A DNA stretch of 64,000 nucleotides from Phycisphaerae bacterium (lineage in GTDB: Bacteria; Planctomycetota; Phycisphaerae; UBA1845; Fen-1342), in NCBI GenBank assembly GCA_963675745.2, contig CAXXWX010000006.1, positions 192,001 through 256,000 on the forward strand, read 5' to 3'. Both the position numbers and the translations under genes were made by a program. The notes under the pieces were generated by a model. That model ran no database searches and was not told the origin of the DNA. It saw only the letters and a program-made list of their open reading frames with translations. Positions 39,415 through 49,271 of this stretch are shown piece after piece. The first letter of the stretch is position 1. The number at the start of each line of letters is the position of its first letter.

Positions 39415-39585
39415 CGCCAATCCTCCCTTGACGTGTGCGCGGATGCGCTCTACCCACCATGATAACCTCTGGGAGATGCGGGAGAACAAAAACTCTTGAC
39501 AGAGAGCTCTGCGCGACGACCGATTGGCGGTCATCCAACAGCGCATCGCAGGTGCCATGGATCGCGCCCGACCGTTATTTTCTTA

Positions 39586-39637
39586 ACTACAATCCTTGCA
39601 TCGCCGACAGACATGTAGTATTTGTTAATATGTTAAC
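39586..39637. promoter_or_regulatory. Candidate BlaI/CopY-type operator region in a divergent promoter
   Basis: ACTACA (39586-91) and TGTAGT (39614-19) are inverted; gttaa-tatg-ttaac palindrome at 39624-37; AT-rich. Confidence 0.4.
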
Positions 39638-39649
39638 GTAAGGAGTGGC

Positions 39650-40024
39650 ATGCCGCGTAACCGCAGCGAAGCGCTGACAGACCGTGAAGCCCAGATCATG
39701 GCCGTGCTCTGGGAGCAGGGGCCGTCCACGGCTGACGTGATCCGCGAGGCCTTGGCCGCCGAACTCCACGATTCCACCGTGCGCACACTGCTAAGGGTTT
39801 TGGAATCAAAGGGTTACGTGCGACACGTCGCTCGGGGCAAGGCCTACGTCTATCGCGCCGTCGTCAAGCGCGCAAAGGCCGAACGCAAGGCCGTGCGCAG
39901 CATGTTGCAGCGGTTTTTCGGCGGATCGGTTGAGGCGCTCGTCCTACGCTTGATGGAAGACGAGCAACTCACACCGGAGCGTATTGAGGAGCTGAAAAAG
40001 CGGCTGCCTGACGATCGATCGTAG
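39650..40024 (+). CDS. BlaI/MecI/CopY family transcriptional repressor
   Basis: LTDREAQIMAVLW...STVRTLLRVLESKGYV...FFGGS; AAGGAG RBS. Confidence 0.93.
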   Translation: MPRNRSEALTDREAQIMAVLWEQGPSTADVIREALAAELHDSTVRTLLRVLESKGYVRHVARGKAYVYRAVVKRAKAERKAVRSMLQRFFGGSVEALVLRLMEDEQLTPERIEELKKRLPDDRS

Positions 40025-40163
40025 CCGGTAGCAAGGACGGCGTCGGCCCCTGCGGCCGGCGTGGATTGCCGACACCGCCTCGAAATCCGACGTCCGCCAC
40101 CGGGGGCGGACGCGACGTTTTGCTTTGCGGCGGACTGCCAAGCGGTGTCTTGTTGAGGGAGCC

Positions 40164-41879
40164 ATGGCCGGGCTGCCTGCGTTTGAATTGCCCACCCTCT
40201 CCAGCGCGGCGCTGGCCGCGCTGGACATTGCGCTCAAATCAACGCTGCTGATTCTCATTGCACTGGTGCTGAATCGTCTGTGGTCGCGTCCGGTGTACGT
40301 CCTGGCGCGAGCGACGATGTGGAACGCGCTGCTGATCGGGCTGCTGGTGATGCCGCTCATCACCGTCGCGTTTCCACCACTGAGAGTTCCGTGTTTATCC
40401 TCTGCACCGGGCGGGGCGACGACCGACGATGCGCGGTTGGTTGCGTCCGCGGATACCGAGACGATCGACTGGGCGCAGACTCCGGCGACGCTGCGCGCGC
40501 TCAGTCCGCGACAGCGCGCGATCCTGGCGGGGGATGCCGAGTTTGCGTGGCTGCCGAGTGCGACCGCGCAGGAGGACGAAACGGCCCCACCGCCTCTTTG
40601 GCAATTGGACTTGGGGATGTTCGCATTGGCCGTGTATGTCGGCGGCGTGGTATTCCTGATGCTTCGGCTGCTGGCCTCGCTGGTCGCCGTGGGGATTTTG
40701 CGCCGCGCGGTTGTCCCGCTGCGTGATCCATTCTGGACCGACGCGGTGGACGGATGGCGGCGCGTGCTGGGCATTCGTCGTCCGGTGGCCGTCGCGGAGG
40801 GAAGCCGGCTGAGCGTGCCGATCACGGTTGGCGCGCTGCGCCCCACAATCATCATTCCAAGCGCCATGGTCGAGGCGGCCGATGGCAGTGATCGCGACGC
40901 GGTTGTGCTGCACGAGTTGTCGCACATCCGCCGGGGCGACTATGGCTGGCAATTGCTCTCGGCGCTCGTACAGGCGCTGTACTGGGCGCATCCGCTGGTC
41001 TGGCTGACTCGCCGCGTGATTGGCGTCACGCGCGAGCAGGCATGCGATCAACTCTGCGTCCACTACCTCGGGGGCCCGGGCTACTACTGCCGGACACTGC
41101 TCGACGTCGTCGAGTCGCTGATCAGACGCCACCGGGCGCCAGCCGCGCGCGGGCTGACAATGGCGCGCTCTTCAATGATCGAACAACGCCTTGACTGGAT
41201 CGAACGCGGACACCGCCGGGCCGACTGTGTGCCGCACTGGGCGCTGCGTATCACTGTCGGCTTGTGCGTGTTCATCGCGACCGGGCTTTTGGCGTCAATC
41301 CAGCTCAGCTATGTGGCCGGCGTGCGTGAGGCACAGGCAAGTTCGCGCTTGCAGCGCTGGTCGCGCGCACTGGCGGCGCTGAACCGGGCCGAGCTGACGC
41401 GTGAGCTGAGCTCCGCCGAGCTCGAGCGACTGTCGCGCGCGGGAGTACCCGCCCAGCGCGTCGGCGCCGATTTCCTGGCGGCGCTCGGCCGCGGGGACCA
41501 GCGCGCGATTGACGCTCTGGTCGTCGGCCGGCTCGCTGGATACCCGCCAGATGCGTGGGAGTCGGCTTTGAGCGACGTCCACGACGCTTACGGAAGCCGC
41601 CTGGCACAATCAGATGGCGAGATGAGCTGTCTGCGCGCGGCCGATCACATGGTGCTGCGCGGTGGCGTGCTCTCGAACGCCAGTGGACAACCGCCGCACG
41701 CGCTTGCGCTCGTGCTGACGATGCAGGACACCGGCAAGTGGCGTGTCATCGCGCTCGATGAGGTCTCGCCCGATGCCGAGTTGGAGTCCGTACTACATGA
41801 CGGGCTGGAATGGGCCGCGGGGCAGGCCGCCGACGGCAGGATTCTGTCCGTGCGTACCAGCATTCACATCGGAACGTAG
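40164..41879 (+). CDS. M56 family (BlaR1/MecR1-like) membrane metallopeptidase
   Basis: TM helices; P.TVG.LRP.IIIP, VLHELSHIRRGD, YWAHPLVW and REQACD motifs; directly downstream of BlaI. Confidence 0.9.
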   Translation: MAGLPAFELPTLSSAALAALDIALKSTLLILIALVLNRLWSRPVYVLARATMWNALLIGLLVMPLITVAFPPLRVPCLSSAPGGATTDDARLVASADTETIDWAQTPATLRALSPRQRAILAGDAEFAWLPSATAQEDETAPPPLWQLDLGMFALAVYVGGVVFLMLRLLASLVAVGILRRAVVPLRDPFWTDAVDGWRRVLGIRRPVAVAEGSRLSVPITVGALRPTIIIPSAMVEAADGSDRDAVVLHELSHIRRGDYGWQLLSALVQALYWAHPLVWLTRRVIGVTREQACDQLCVHYLGGPGYYCRTLLDVVESLIRRHRAPAARGLTMARSSMIEQRLDWIERGHRRADCVPHWALRITVGLCVFIATGLLASIQLSYVAGVREAQASSRLQRWSRALAALNRAELTRELSSAELERLSRAGVPAQRVGADFLAALGRGDQRAIDALVVGRLAGYPPDAWESALSDVHDAYGSRLAQSDGEMSCLRAADHMVLRGGVLSNASGQPPHALALVLTMQDTGKWRVIALDEVSPDAELESVLHDGLEWAAGQAADGRILSVRTSIHIGT

Positions 41880-41961
41880 CACCGTTTGCGCCATAACGGC
41901 CGTGGCAAGCGGAAATCGCCGTTTTGCACCGACGGTCCACGGGACGCCGGCACATCTGTGA

Positions 41962-42750
41962 TCACTTGCCGGCGGGTCCGGGCCGGGTCTTCCTGATTCC
42001 AGACGCACTTCGCGGAACGGTCCCCTCGACACTGACGGCGTCAGCCGGTAGTTCGCCGGTATGAGCGGGGCCGACTGTTGTGCCCGTGACGGCGCGTCCC
42101 TCGCGGTACGCGTCGCTGATGGAGGCGACGGCCAGGTCGACATCGTCGGTGACCGTGAACAGGTCGAGGTCTTCCGGCGAGATGTTGGCGTGGATCGCGA
42201 GCATATTGTCCCGCAGCCACGCGATGAGGGGGTTCCAGAATCGCGTGCCCACGAGCACCATGTGCATGGGCGGCACACGCTGCGTCTGGATCAGCGTCAC
42301 CGTTTCAAAGAACTCGTCCATCGTGCCGAACCCGCCCGGGAAGCAGACCACGGCCAGTGCGTACTTCAGAAACATGACCTTGCGCACGAAGAAGTAGTTG
42401 AATTCGATCGCGATGTTCTGATACGGGTTGGCGTCTTGCTCCATCGGCAGCCATATGTTCAGACCGACACTCTTGCCGCCGGCCTCGGCGGCCCCGCGGT
42501 TGGCGGCCTCCATGATGCCCGGACCGCCACCCGTGATGACCGCGAAGCCCTCGTGTGAGAGCTTGGCGGAAAGCTCGAAGGCTTGTTGGTAATAGACGTC
42601 TTCGGGCGGTGTGCGCGCAGAGCCGAAGACCGTGACGGCCGGTCCGACCGTTGACATGACCTCGATGCCGTCGACGAACTCGGCCATGATGCGGAAAAGC
42701 CGCCAGGTCTCCTCTGCCGCCGCCCGGGGCGTGAACTCGCCATTGCTCAT
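41962..42750 (-). CDS. LOG family (TIGR00730-type) Rossmann-fold protein
   Basis: WRLFRIMAEFVDG, VFGSAR, TGGGPGIMEAAN, FFVRKVMF and PGGFGTMDE motifs. Confidence 0.92.
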   Translation of the reverse strand: MSNGEFTPRAAAEETWRLFRIMAEFVDGIEVMSTVGPAVTVFGSARTPPEDVYYQQAFELSAKLSHEGFAVITGGGPGIMEAANRGAAEAGGKSVGLNIWLPMEQDANPYQNIAIEFNYFFVRKVMFLKYALAVVCFPGGFGTMDEFFETVTLIQTQRVPPMHMVLVGTRFWNPLIAWLRDNMLAIHANISPEDLDLFTVTDDVDLAVASISDAYREGRAVTGTTVGPAHTGELPADAVSVEGTVPRSASGIRKTRPGPAGK

Positions 42751-42840
42751 CGGGTATGTCTCCTGTGTTGCTGGGTGCGTCGGGCCGTGGCGGTCTGCGC
42801 CTCGCCGACCGTCGCCGCCAAGCAGCATTCGCAGTCATCA

Positions 42841-42914
42841 ACGGCCGGCGGGGCGCCGGCCGCTACTGATCATGGGCGTCCGCAACATCTGTGGGACCGG
42901 CTTCCAGCCGGTCA
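42841..42914. repeat. REP cluster: GTAG-type copy and GTGG-type palindrome
   Basis: acggccggcggggcgccggccgctac (42841-66) and gtgg-gaccggc-ttcca-gccggtc (42891-42913). Confidence 0.7.
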
Positions 42915-42995
42915 GACTGCCGGCCGGAGCGCCCACCGCCACGGCGCCCGGCGCCGGGCCGTCCGCCACCGTCGGCGATCTGTGCCGGGGGGCGG

Positions 42996-43388
42996 CTATG
43001 CGCCCTGGAACAGCGAGATCACGGCGCCGGTCGGATCAGCGATCACGCAGAATCGCCCGACCGTCGGAATGTCCATCGGCGGGACCTTCACGGTGCCTCC
43101 CAGCTCGACGCACTTCTTCGCCCGATCGTCAATGTCGTTGACGGCGATATAGGGCATCCAGTGTGACGGAAGGCCTTCCCACTGCGGGCCGTCCATCGCC
43201 ATCATGCCACCCACGGAGCATTTCTGCCCCGGTATCTTCAGGACTGTGTATTTCCCCTCACCAATGTCGGATTCTTCAGTCTCCCAGCCGATCAGCTCTG
43301 TATAGAACTTCTTGGCGGCCTCGACATCACGCGTAGCCAACTCGGTCCAGCAGAACGTCCCCGGTGTAATTGCGCACTCATCGCCCAT
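42996..43388 (-). CDS. VOC/glyoxalase family protein
   Basis: PGTFCWTELAT...KFYTELIGW...WMPYIAV...GRFCVIADPTGA; AGGAG RBS. Confidence 0.9.
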   Translation of the reverse strand: MGDECAITPGTFCWTELATRDVEAAKKFYTELIGWETEESDIGEGKYTVLKIPGQKCSVGGMMAMDGPQWEGLPSHWMPYIAVNDIDDRAKKCVELGGTVKVPPMDIPTVGRFCVIADPTGAVISLFQGA

Positions 43389-43621
43389 GACATCTCCTCT
43401 GTCTTCCACGACATGTTTACCCGTCCGGCCCACGAATGGCGGGATCCAGTGGCGCAATTGTATTGGGGAACGCTTGTGCCGGACAGGGGCCGCGGAGAAC
43501 ACTGGACGCGTCGGGCGTCAAAAGCCGCTGAGGGAGGCGCGTCGCACTGGTCGCGGCGCTCGTACGCCGGACTGACGCGCCTCCTATATGCATAGGACGC
43601 GCGCCTGGGGTCCGTGAACCA

Positions 43622-44581
43622 TCAACTCACCGAGGATTGTGAGCCTGGGCCTACTGGAACGCGCGCGGCGATTGCGCGCAGGCGGCTGATGTTTACCTCG
43701 TCCCAGTCGCGGCCGCGGTCGTCCTGGCCCTTGGGCGTCTCCAGGATCATCGGCACGTCGCGAAAACGGGGATCTGCCAGCAGGTTGCGGAATCCCGCCA
43801 TCCCGATATGGCCCCGACCGATGTGTGCATGTCGATCGCGGTGTGAGCCCAATTCGCGAAGGCTGTCATTGAGATGCCAGCAGCGGATGCGGCGTGACCC
43901 CACCCCGCGCTCGGCCTCGGAGATCATCTGCGCATAGGCCTCTGGCCGCCGAATGTCATAACCCGCGGCGAAGACATGGCAGGTGTCAACACACACGCCG
44001 ACGCGCTCGGGTTGGGCGAGCTTATCAAGGATCGCGCCCAACTCATCAAACGAGCGGCCGAGCGTCGTGCCCTGGCCGGCCGTGGTTTCCAGCAGCGGCA
44101 TGGTGCGCAGCCGCGGATGGCGCTTGAAGATCTGGTCGAGCGCCTTGGCGACGCGCGCGGTCGCCTTGTTAACCGGCGCCGTCCCAGCGGCCCCAGGGTG
44201 CACGACCAGGTATGGGATGCCCAGCAGGTCACAGCGCGCGAGCTCGTCGGCGAAAGCGTCGCGGCTCCTGGTCCTTAGCTCCCGGTTCTCCGAAGCGAGA
44301 TTAATCAGGTAGGACGCATGCGCGACCGTGGGGCCAAAGCCCGGCGTGGCGATCAGCTCGCGCCACCGCGCGACATCATCCTCGCGCAGCGGCGGCGCAC
44401 GCCACTGGCGCTGGTTCTTCACGAATATCTGGACGGTGTCGAATCCAGCTTGTAGTGCCGATTCGGCGGCGTGGTGAATGCCGCCCGCGACCGACAAGTG
44501 AGCCCCAAGCCGGTGTCGCGGTCTCGCGGCGCATGACTTACGCGATTTTCGCCGATTTGTAACTGCCGAACGGGTCATCAC
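43622..44581 (-). CDS. nfo: Endonuclease IV
   Basis: LGAHLSVAGG, HASYLINLAS, LETTAGQG, DTCH, HLNDS, DRHAHIG and ILETPK motifs. Confidence 0.94.
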   Translation of the reverse strand: MMTRSAVTNRRKSRKSCAARPRHRLGAHLSVAGGIHHAAESALQAGFDTVQIFVKNQRQWRAPPLREDDVARWRELIATPGFGPTVAHASYLINLASENRELRTRSRDAFADELARCDLLGIPYLVVHPGAAGTAPVNKATARVAKALDQIFKRHPRLRTMPLLETTAGQGTTLGRSFDELGAILDKLAQPERVGVCVDTCHVFAAGYDIRRPEAYAQMISEAERGVGSRRIRCWHLNDSLRELGSHRDRHAHIGRGHIGMAGFRNLLADPRFRDVPMILETPKGQDDRGRDWDEVNISRLRAIAARVPVGPGSQSSVS

Positions 44582-44617
44582 CGGTTACGGTATAGGGCGC
44601 GGGCGGGAAATCAACCA

Positions 44618-45292
44618 ATGCCCGGAACGGAGTCCGGCCGCGCGAAAGCCCCGCACACGGAGCAGGTTGTGAGTGACGGAATGCTGATACTAGCGTCAGC
44701 CAGTCCCCAGCGGCGAATGCTGCTGGCGGAGCTGGGCGTTCCGTTCGAGGTGCGCCCCAGCGACCTGGCCGAGCCGACCCGCCGCGCCGCGCACGTGCCG
44801 CCCGTGAATTGGGCCGAGGCCCTGGCCTACTTCAAGGCCCGGGAGGGCGCGATGCGACAGCCGGGGAGTTGGGTGCTCGGCGCCGACACCGTGGTTGCTT
44901 GTGCAGGTGAGTTGCTGGGCAAGCCGGTGGACGAAGCCGACGCGCGACGCATGCTGCTGGCGCAGGCGGGTCGCCGTTGCGACGTGATCACGGGGCTGGC
45001 TCTGGTGCGCTATGACGCTGAGGTGCTGCGGCATATTCGACACGCGATTACCCGCGTGTGGCTGCGCGATGATGCGGACGCCATCGATGACTATCTGGCC
45101 GGGGGCGAATGGCGCGGTAAGGCCGGCGCATACGGCATTCAGGACGTCCATGACCGATTGATCGAACGGATCGACGGCAGCTTCTCAAACGTTGTCGGTT
45201 TGCCGGTCGGCTTGACTCGCGAGCTGCTGATCATGGCGGGATTTCGGCCTCTATCTCCCGGACGACCGACAGAACCCGTGCCCGCCGCGTGA
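44618..45292 (+). CDS. maf: Maf family nucleoside triphosphate pyrophosphatase
   Basis: LILASASPQRR, VLGADTVV, GKP, KAGAYGIQ and NVVGLP motifs; true start may be further downstream. Confidence 0.92.
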   Translation: MPGTESGRAKAPHTEQVVSDGMLILASASPQRRMLLAELGVPFEVRPSDLAEPTRRAAHVPPVNWAEALAYFKAREGAMRQPGSWVLGADTVVACAGELLGKPVDEADARRMLLAQAGRRCDVITGLALVRYDAEVLRHIRHAITRVWLRDDADAIDDYLAGGEWRGKAGAYGIQDVHDRLIERIDGSFSNVVGLPVGLTRELLIMAGFRPLSPGRPTEPVPAA

Positions 45293-45495
45293 TCGGACTT
45301 GGCGTGTCGGCATCGGGGGCGAAAGCGTGATAAGTTGTGGAATCACGGGCGGCCGGGGGATATAGTGTGTTTGCGCTGAATGCGCGGCGTTCGATCGTCG
45401 ATACCAGTTTAGTGTCGAAGCTAATGCACGCGGTTATTAGCGGACCGCCTATGTGGGCCGTTGCTGTGCCGTAGTTACAGAAGGTAGTGATCCAT

Positions 45496-46389
45496 ATGGC
45501 TGGCAAGGCTGATCCGGGCCTGGGGGATTACCTGAAGCAGATCAAAGATTACGATTTGCTGACGGCGGAACAGGAACGCGAACTGGGTACGAAGATTCGC
45601 GCCGCGGCGGAGTCGCGCGAAAAGCTCGCCAGCCGCGAAATCACGATCGAGGACTACAACCGGATCCAACGCGAGGCGGCTGACGCGCGCAGTCAGATGA
45701 TCACGGCGAACCTCAGGCTGGTGATCAGCGTCGCCAAGCACTTCCGCGACCGCGGGCTGCAAATGGAGGATCTGGTCAACGAGGGAAACGTCGGGCTGGT
45801 CAATGCCGTTGACCGCTTTGACCCGAGTGTCGGCTCGCGTTTCAGCACGTATGCGAGCTACTGGATTGACCAGGCGATTCGCCGGGCTATTCAGAGCGCC
45901 ACGCAGATGATCCACATTCCCAGCTACCTGATGGAGCAGATCAGTCAGATGCGTCTGGCTATGCGCGAGCTGAGTGAGAAACTGGGGCGTCATCCGTCGA
46001 TGAAAGAGCTCGCCGACCACCTGGAGATTACGCCGCGCCGCGCGCAGGCAATCTCCAAAGCGATCAAGGCCTGCACCTGTCCGACCCAGGCCGGCAACCC
46101 TGACGATGAGATGTCGATCACCGATTCGTTGCCCGATACGCGCACGCCACAACCGTTTGAGACGATGTTCTCCGAGTCCGATGCGGACTTCGTTAGCCAG
46201 ATGCTGTCGCGCATCACGGAGCGCGAGGCAATGGTTCTCAAGCTGCGGTATGGACTGCGCAACAAGAAGGGCAAGCAGATGACGCTCAAGGAGATCGGTG
46301 AGACGGTGGGGCTGACCCGCGAACGCGTGCGTCAGATTGAGAAGCAAGCCAAGAACAAGCTGGAAGAGTACGTCAAAGAGTATCTCTAG
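45496..46389 (+). CDS. RpoD/SigA-family sigma70 factor lacking region 1.1
   Basis: YLKQI...LLTAEQE, ANLRLVISVAK, DLVNEGNVGL, RFSTYASYWI and TRERVRQIE motifs. Confidence 0.93.
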   Translation: MAGKADPGLGDYLKQIKDYDLLTAEQERELGTKIRAAAESREKLASREITIEDYNRIQREAADARSQMITANLRLVISVAKHFRDRGLQMEDLVNEGNVGLVNAVDRFDPSVGSRFSTYASYWIDQAIRRAIQSATQMIHIPSYLMEQISQMRLAMRELSEKLGRHPSMKELADHLEITPRRAQAISKAIKACTCPTQAGNPDDEMSITDSLPDTRTPQPFETMFSESDADFVSQMLSRITEREAMVLKLRYGLRNKKGKQMTLKEIGETVGLTRERVRQIEKQAKNKLEEYVKEYL

Positions 46390-46791
46390 CCGGACTGCGT
46401 GGATTCATAACGGCCGCCTGCGGGTAACATATGGCGGACACGCAATGTCGGTCTTGTGTGCAGCGGTTGCTGGCGGGCATTGCGACCCACCGCCGCGTGA
46501 CTCTTGTATCCGGTTGTAACTGATCGCAGGCCAGCGACTGCCGGACATCTCCCGCATAACGAACTCCCCCGCGATACGAGCAACGTGTGTGCGGGGTGGT
46601 ATCAGTCCGGCCTGGTGCCGGCAGCGCGTAGCGTGCGGTTAATGAACCGATTGCTTAACACGAGTTGACTCGCTGGTTGGACGGCAGATCCCGCCGAAAA
46701 TTCCGGCGGGCGCGCAGGCAGAGCCCGATAATGGCTAGCTTCGTGCACCATGAATCGCGTGGTTCACTTATCAGTTAGGTAATTATCCGTA

Positions 46792-46821
46792 TTGAGTGAG
46801 CCGGTTCATTAAGGCTATCAT
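46792..46821 (+). promoter_or_regulatory. Candidate sigma70 promoter TTGAGT-N18-TATCAT with a LacI-like operator in the spacer
   Basis: Near-palindrome TGAGCCGGTTCA at 46797-46808; inverted match ttaatgaaccg at 46639-46649. Confidence 0.4.
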
Positions 46822-46840
46822 GTAGGGGCAGTACTCTTAG

Positions 46841-48428
46841 CCCGGATTATTCACGGTTGAGTTGAAAGAGCGGCCTTCGTGTGGTCTAACTGGTTTTGAC
46901 CAAACAAGTTGGACCGAGCACGGAGGCCGCCGATGTTTGAACAGACTGAAGCTCAGTTGTTCTTCTCGTTTTTCGCCGATCGCAAGCTGATTGTCCAGCG
47001 TCACGCCGGACAAATTTCCTCGGACGCCGGGCTGTTGCCGATTCGGCAGTTGGACCAGCGGCTGCGTTTTACCGCGCGGCTGGTCGCCGGCCTGAGCGAT
47101 GACCGTCACGAACCGCGGCACACGCAACTCGAGATGCTGCGGCAGCGGCTCTACGGGGTGCTGGCCGACTATGAGGACTGCAATGATCACGACACGCTTC
47201 GCGACGATCCGATCTTCAAGATTGTTGCGGATCGGTTGCCCGAAGACGATCCGCTCGCCAGCCAGCCCACGCTATCGCGTTTCGAGAACGCCGTCACGAT
47301 CGACACGCTGTGGCAAACGCTCGACTTCCTGGTCGCGACCGGGATCGAGCGGCTGCGGGAGAAGAACGAGGGCCAAATGCCCGATCGCCTCACGCTCGAT
47401 CTCGACGCCACCGACGATCCGGCGCACGGGCAGCAGCAATTGGCGTTGTTCCACGGCTACTACGAGCAACACCAATACTTCCCGATCGTGATCAGCGAGC
47501 CGACCACGCAGCACGTGTTCTACGCCGCCCTGCGGCCGGGCAGTGTGCACGCCGCTCACGGTGCCGACGATGACCTGGAATTCGTGGTCGAGCGTCTGCA
47601 CGCCGCCCGCGGCGACCTTGCGATTCACGTTCGCGGCGACAGCGGCTTCGGCGTGCCATCGATGTACAAAATCTGCGAGAAAAACCGACTGACGTACACG
47701 TTCGGCATCGGCGCCAACAAACGGCTGCAGGCCCTGGCCCAGCCGTTACTCGACCGAGCCGTCGCCGAATACGAACGCACCGGCGAGAAGCAACGCCTGT
47801 TCATGCACTTCAACTACCAGGCCGGCTCGTGGGATCGGCCACGCGCCGTGATCGCCAAGGCCGAGTGCCAGGCGGCCGGCACGAACCTGCGTTTCGTGGT
47901 CACCAATCTACAGGTGAACTCCGACGCCGACGCGCAGCGTGTTTACGACGACTACATCCAGCGTGGTGCCAGCGAACAACGCTTCGATGAACTCAAGAAC
48001 GGTCTGCACGCCGACCGGCTGAGTTGTCATCGCTTCGTGGCCAACTTCTGGCGTCTGCTGCTGCACACGGCGGCGTTCAACCTGTTGAACTGGTTGCGTG
48101 ATGACGAGCAGGTGCCGGAGACGTTGCGTACCGCCCAGCCGGCCACGTGGCGGAGTCGCGTGATCAAAGTGGCGGCAACGGTCATCCAGTCGGCTCGGCG
48201 GGTGGTCGTGGCGATTGCTGGCCAGTGGCCACACTGGTCGACTCTTCACACCGTCGCCGTCCGCAGTGGTGCCATCCCCGCAGGCCCGTAACCCCGCCGA
48301 CAACGTGTTTGCTCGTGGGGGTAAGGGGGAATTGCGCGCGTCCTGCATCCGAGAACGTCATCAGCCCCTTGCAAAACCGCGACGAACAACAAAAACCCGA
48401 ACGGCACCCTACCCGTGAATAATCCGGG
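46841..48428 (+). mobile_element. IS1380-family insertion sequence (1588 bp)
   Basis: Perfect 16-bp IRs cccggattattcacgg (46841-56) and ccgtgaataatccggg (48413-28); TTAG direct repeat at 46837-40 and 48429-32. Confidence 0.93.
46933..48291 (+). CDS. IS1380-family DDE transposase
   Basis: GQISSDAGLL, YEDCNDHDTLRDDP, LASQPTLSRFEN, LDLDATDDPAHGQQ, VRGDSGF and QRGASEQRFDELK motifs. Confidence 0.94.
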   Translation: MFEQTEAQLFFSFFADRKLIVQRHAGQISSDAGLLPIRQLDQRLRFTARLVAGLSDDRHEPRHTQLEMLRQRLYGVLADYEDCNDHDTLRDDPIFKIVADRLPEDDPLASQPTLSRFENAVTIDTLWQTLDFLVATGIERLREKNEGQMPDRLTLDLDATDDPAHGQQQLALFHGYYEQHQYFPIVISEPTTQHVFYAALRPGSVHAAHGADDDLEFVVERLHAARGDLAIHVRGDSGFGVPSMYKICEKNRLTYTFGIGANKRLQALAQPLLDRAVAEYERTGEKQRLFMHFNYQAGSWDRPRAVIAKAECQAAGTNLRFVVTNLQVNSDADAQRVYDDYIQRGASEQRFDELKNGLHADRLSCHRFVANFWRLLLHTAAFNLLNWLRDDEQVPETLRTAQPATWRSRVIKVAATVIQSARRVVVAIAGQWPHWSTLHTVAVRSGAIPAGP

Positions 48429-48533
48429 TTAGGCTGGCATCGATTGGCCGATCCAGTTCCCCGCATGGGCTGTTGCCCGCTACCAAGCGGGCACGTACTG
48501 ACAGGCATGTCTCACTTTAGGAGGTACGAAGGG

Positions 48534-49151
48534 ATGAAATATCTAATTGTCTTGTTTGCCATCTGTGCCGTGCCGCTGGCGACGGCGGACTATCTGGACG
48601 AGGATCTGAACTCGACAAACGCAAACGTTTCATTTTCGGGCAATACCGGGTTTGCCGTCGACGACCAACTGGGCGTCGAAGTCGTCGAACGCTTCGGCGA
48701 TTTTGCCGGCTGGGTATGGCCTGCCATGACGATCACGTTCCCGGATACCGTCATTGAGGCGGGCGCCTCGCTCGATCTCCACGGACGTTATCACCAGGAA
48801 GAGTACACCTGGGACCACGACGCCGACCCGAACACGCCGGACTACACGCGCTATCCATACAGCGACGCGAATGTCTGGTTGATCCTGAAGGGTCCCGGCG
48901 GCGACATCGATCTGGCCTGGGCCGACAACGACGGCTGGAAGCACATCGGCGACGTGTGGCGGAATGTGATCATGGATCTCAGCGCCCACGCTGGCGCAAC
49001 CGTCAACGGTCTCGAGATTCGCAGCACCAACTGGCAGGCGCCGCTTCCCAACAACGACTTCTATCACTTCTCGAATGTCACGATTACCCCCGAGCCGACC
49101 ACGCTGGGTCTGTTCGGTCTCGGCCTGCTCGGCCTGTTGCGCCGCAGGTAG
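48534..49151 (+). CDS. PEP-CTERM sorting domain protein
   Basis: Signal peptide MKYLIVLFAICAVPLATA; C-terminal TPEPTTLGLFGLGLLGLLRRR. Confidence 0.9.
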   Translation: MKYLIVLFAICAVPLATADYLDEDLNSTNANVSFSGNTGFAVDDQLGVEVVERFGDFAGWVWPAMTITFPDTVIEAGASLDLHGRYHQEEYTWDHDADPNTPDYTRYPYSDANVWLILKGPGGDIDLAWADNDGWKHIGDVWRNVIMDLSAHAGATVNGLEIRSTNWQAPLPNNDFYHFSNVTITPEPTTLGLFGLGLLGLLRRR

Positions 49152-49184
49152 AGGAACTGCCTTACAGTATCGGAATTGAAGACG

Positions 49185-49221
49185 CGACGCGACCCGCGGC
49201 CAACCGCCGCGGGTCGCGTTG
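49185..49221. terminator. Hairpin between convergent genes
   Basis: cgacgcgacccgcggc-caacc-gccgcgggtcgcgttg. Confidence 0.65.
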
Positions 49222-49271
49222 TCTTGTGGTGCGCCAGCGTTGCCCGTCTGAATCCGAACGCTTATTTGCGG

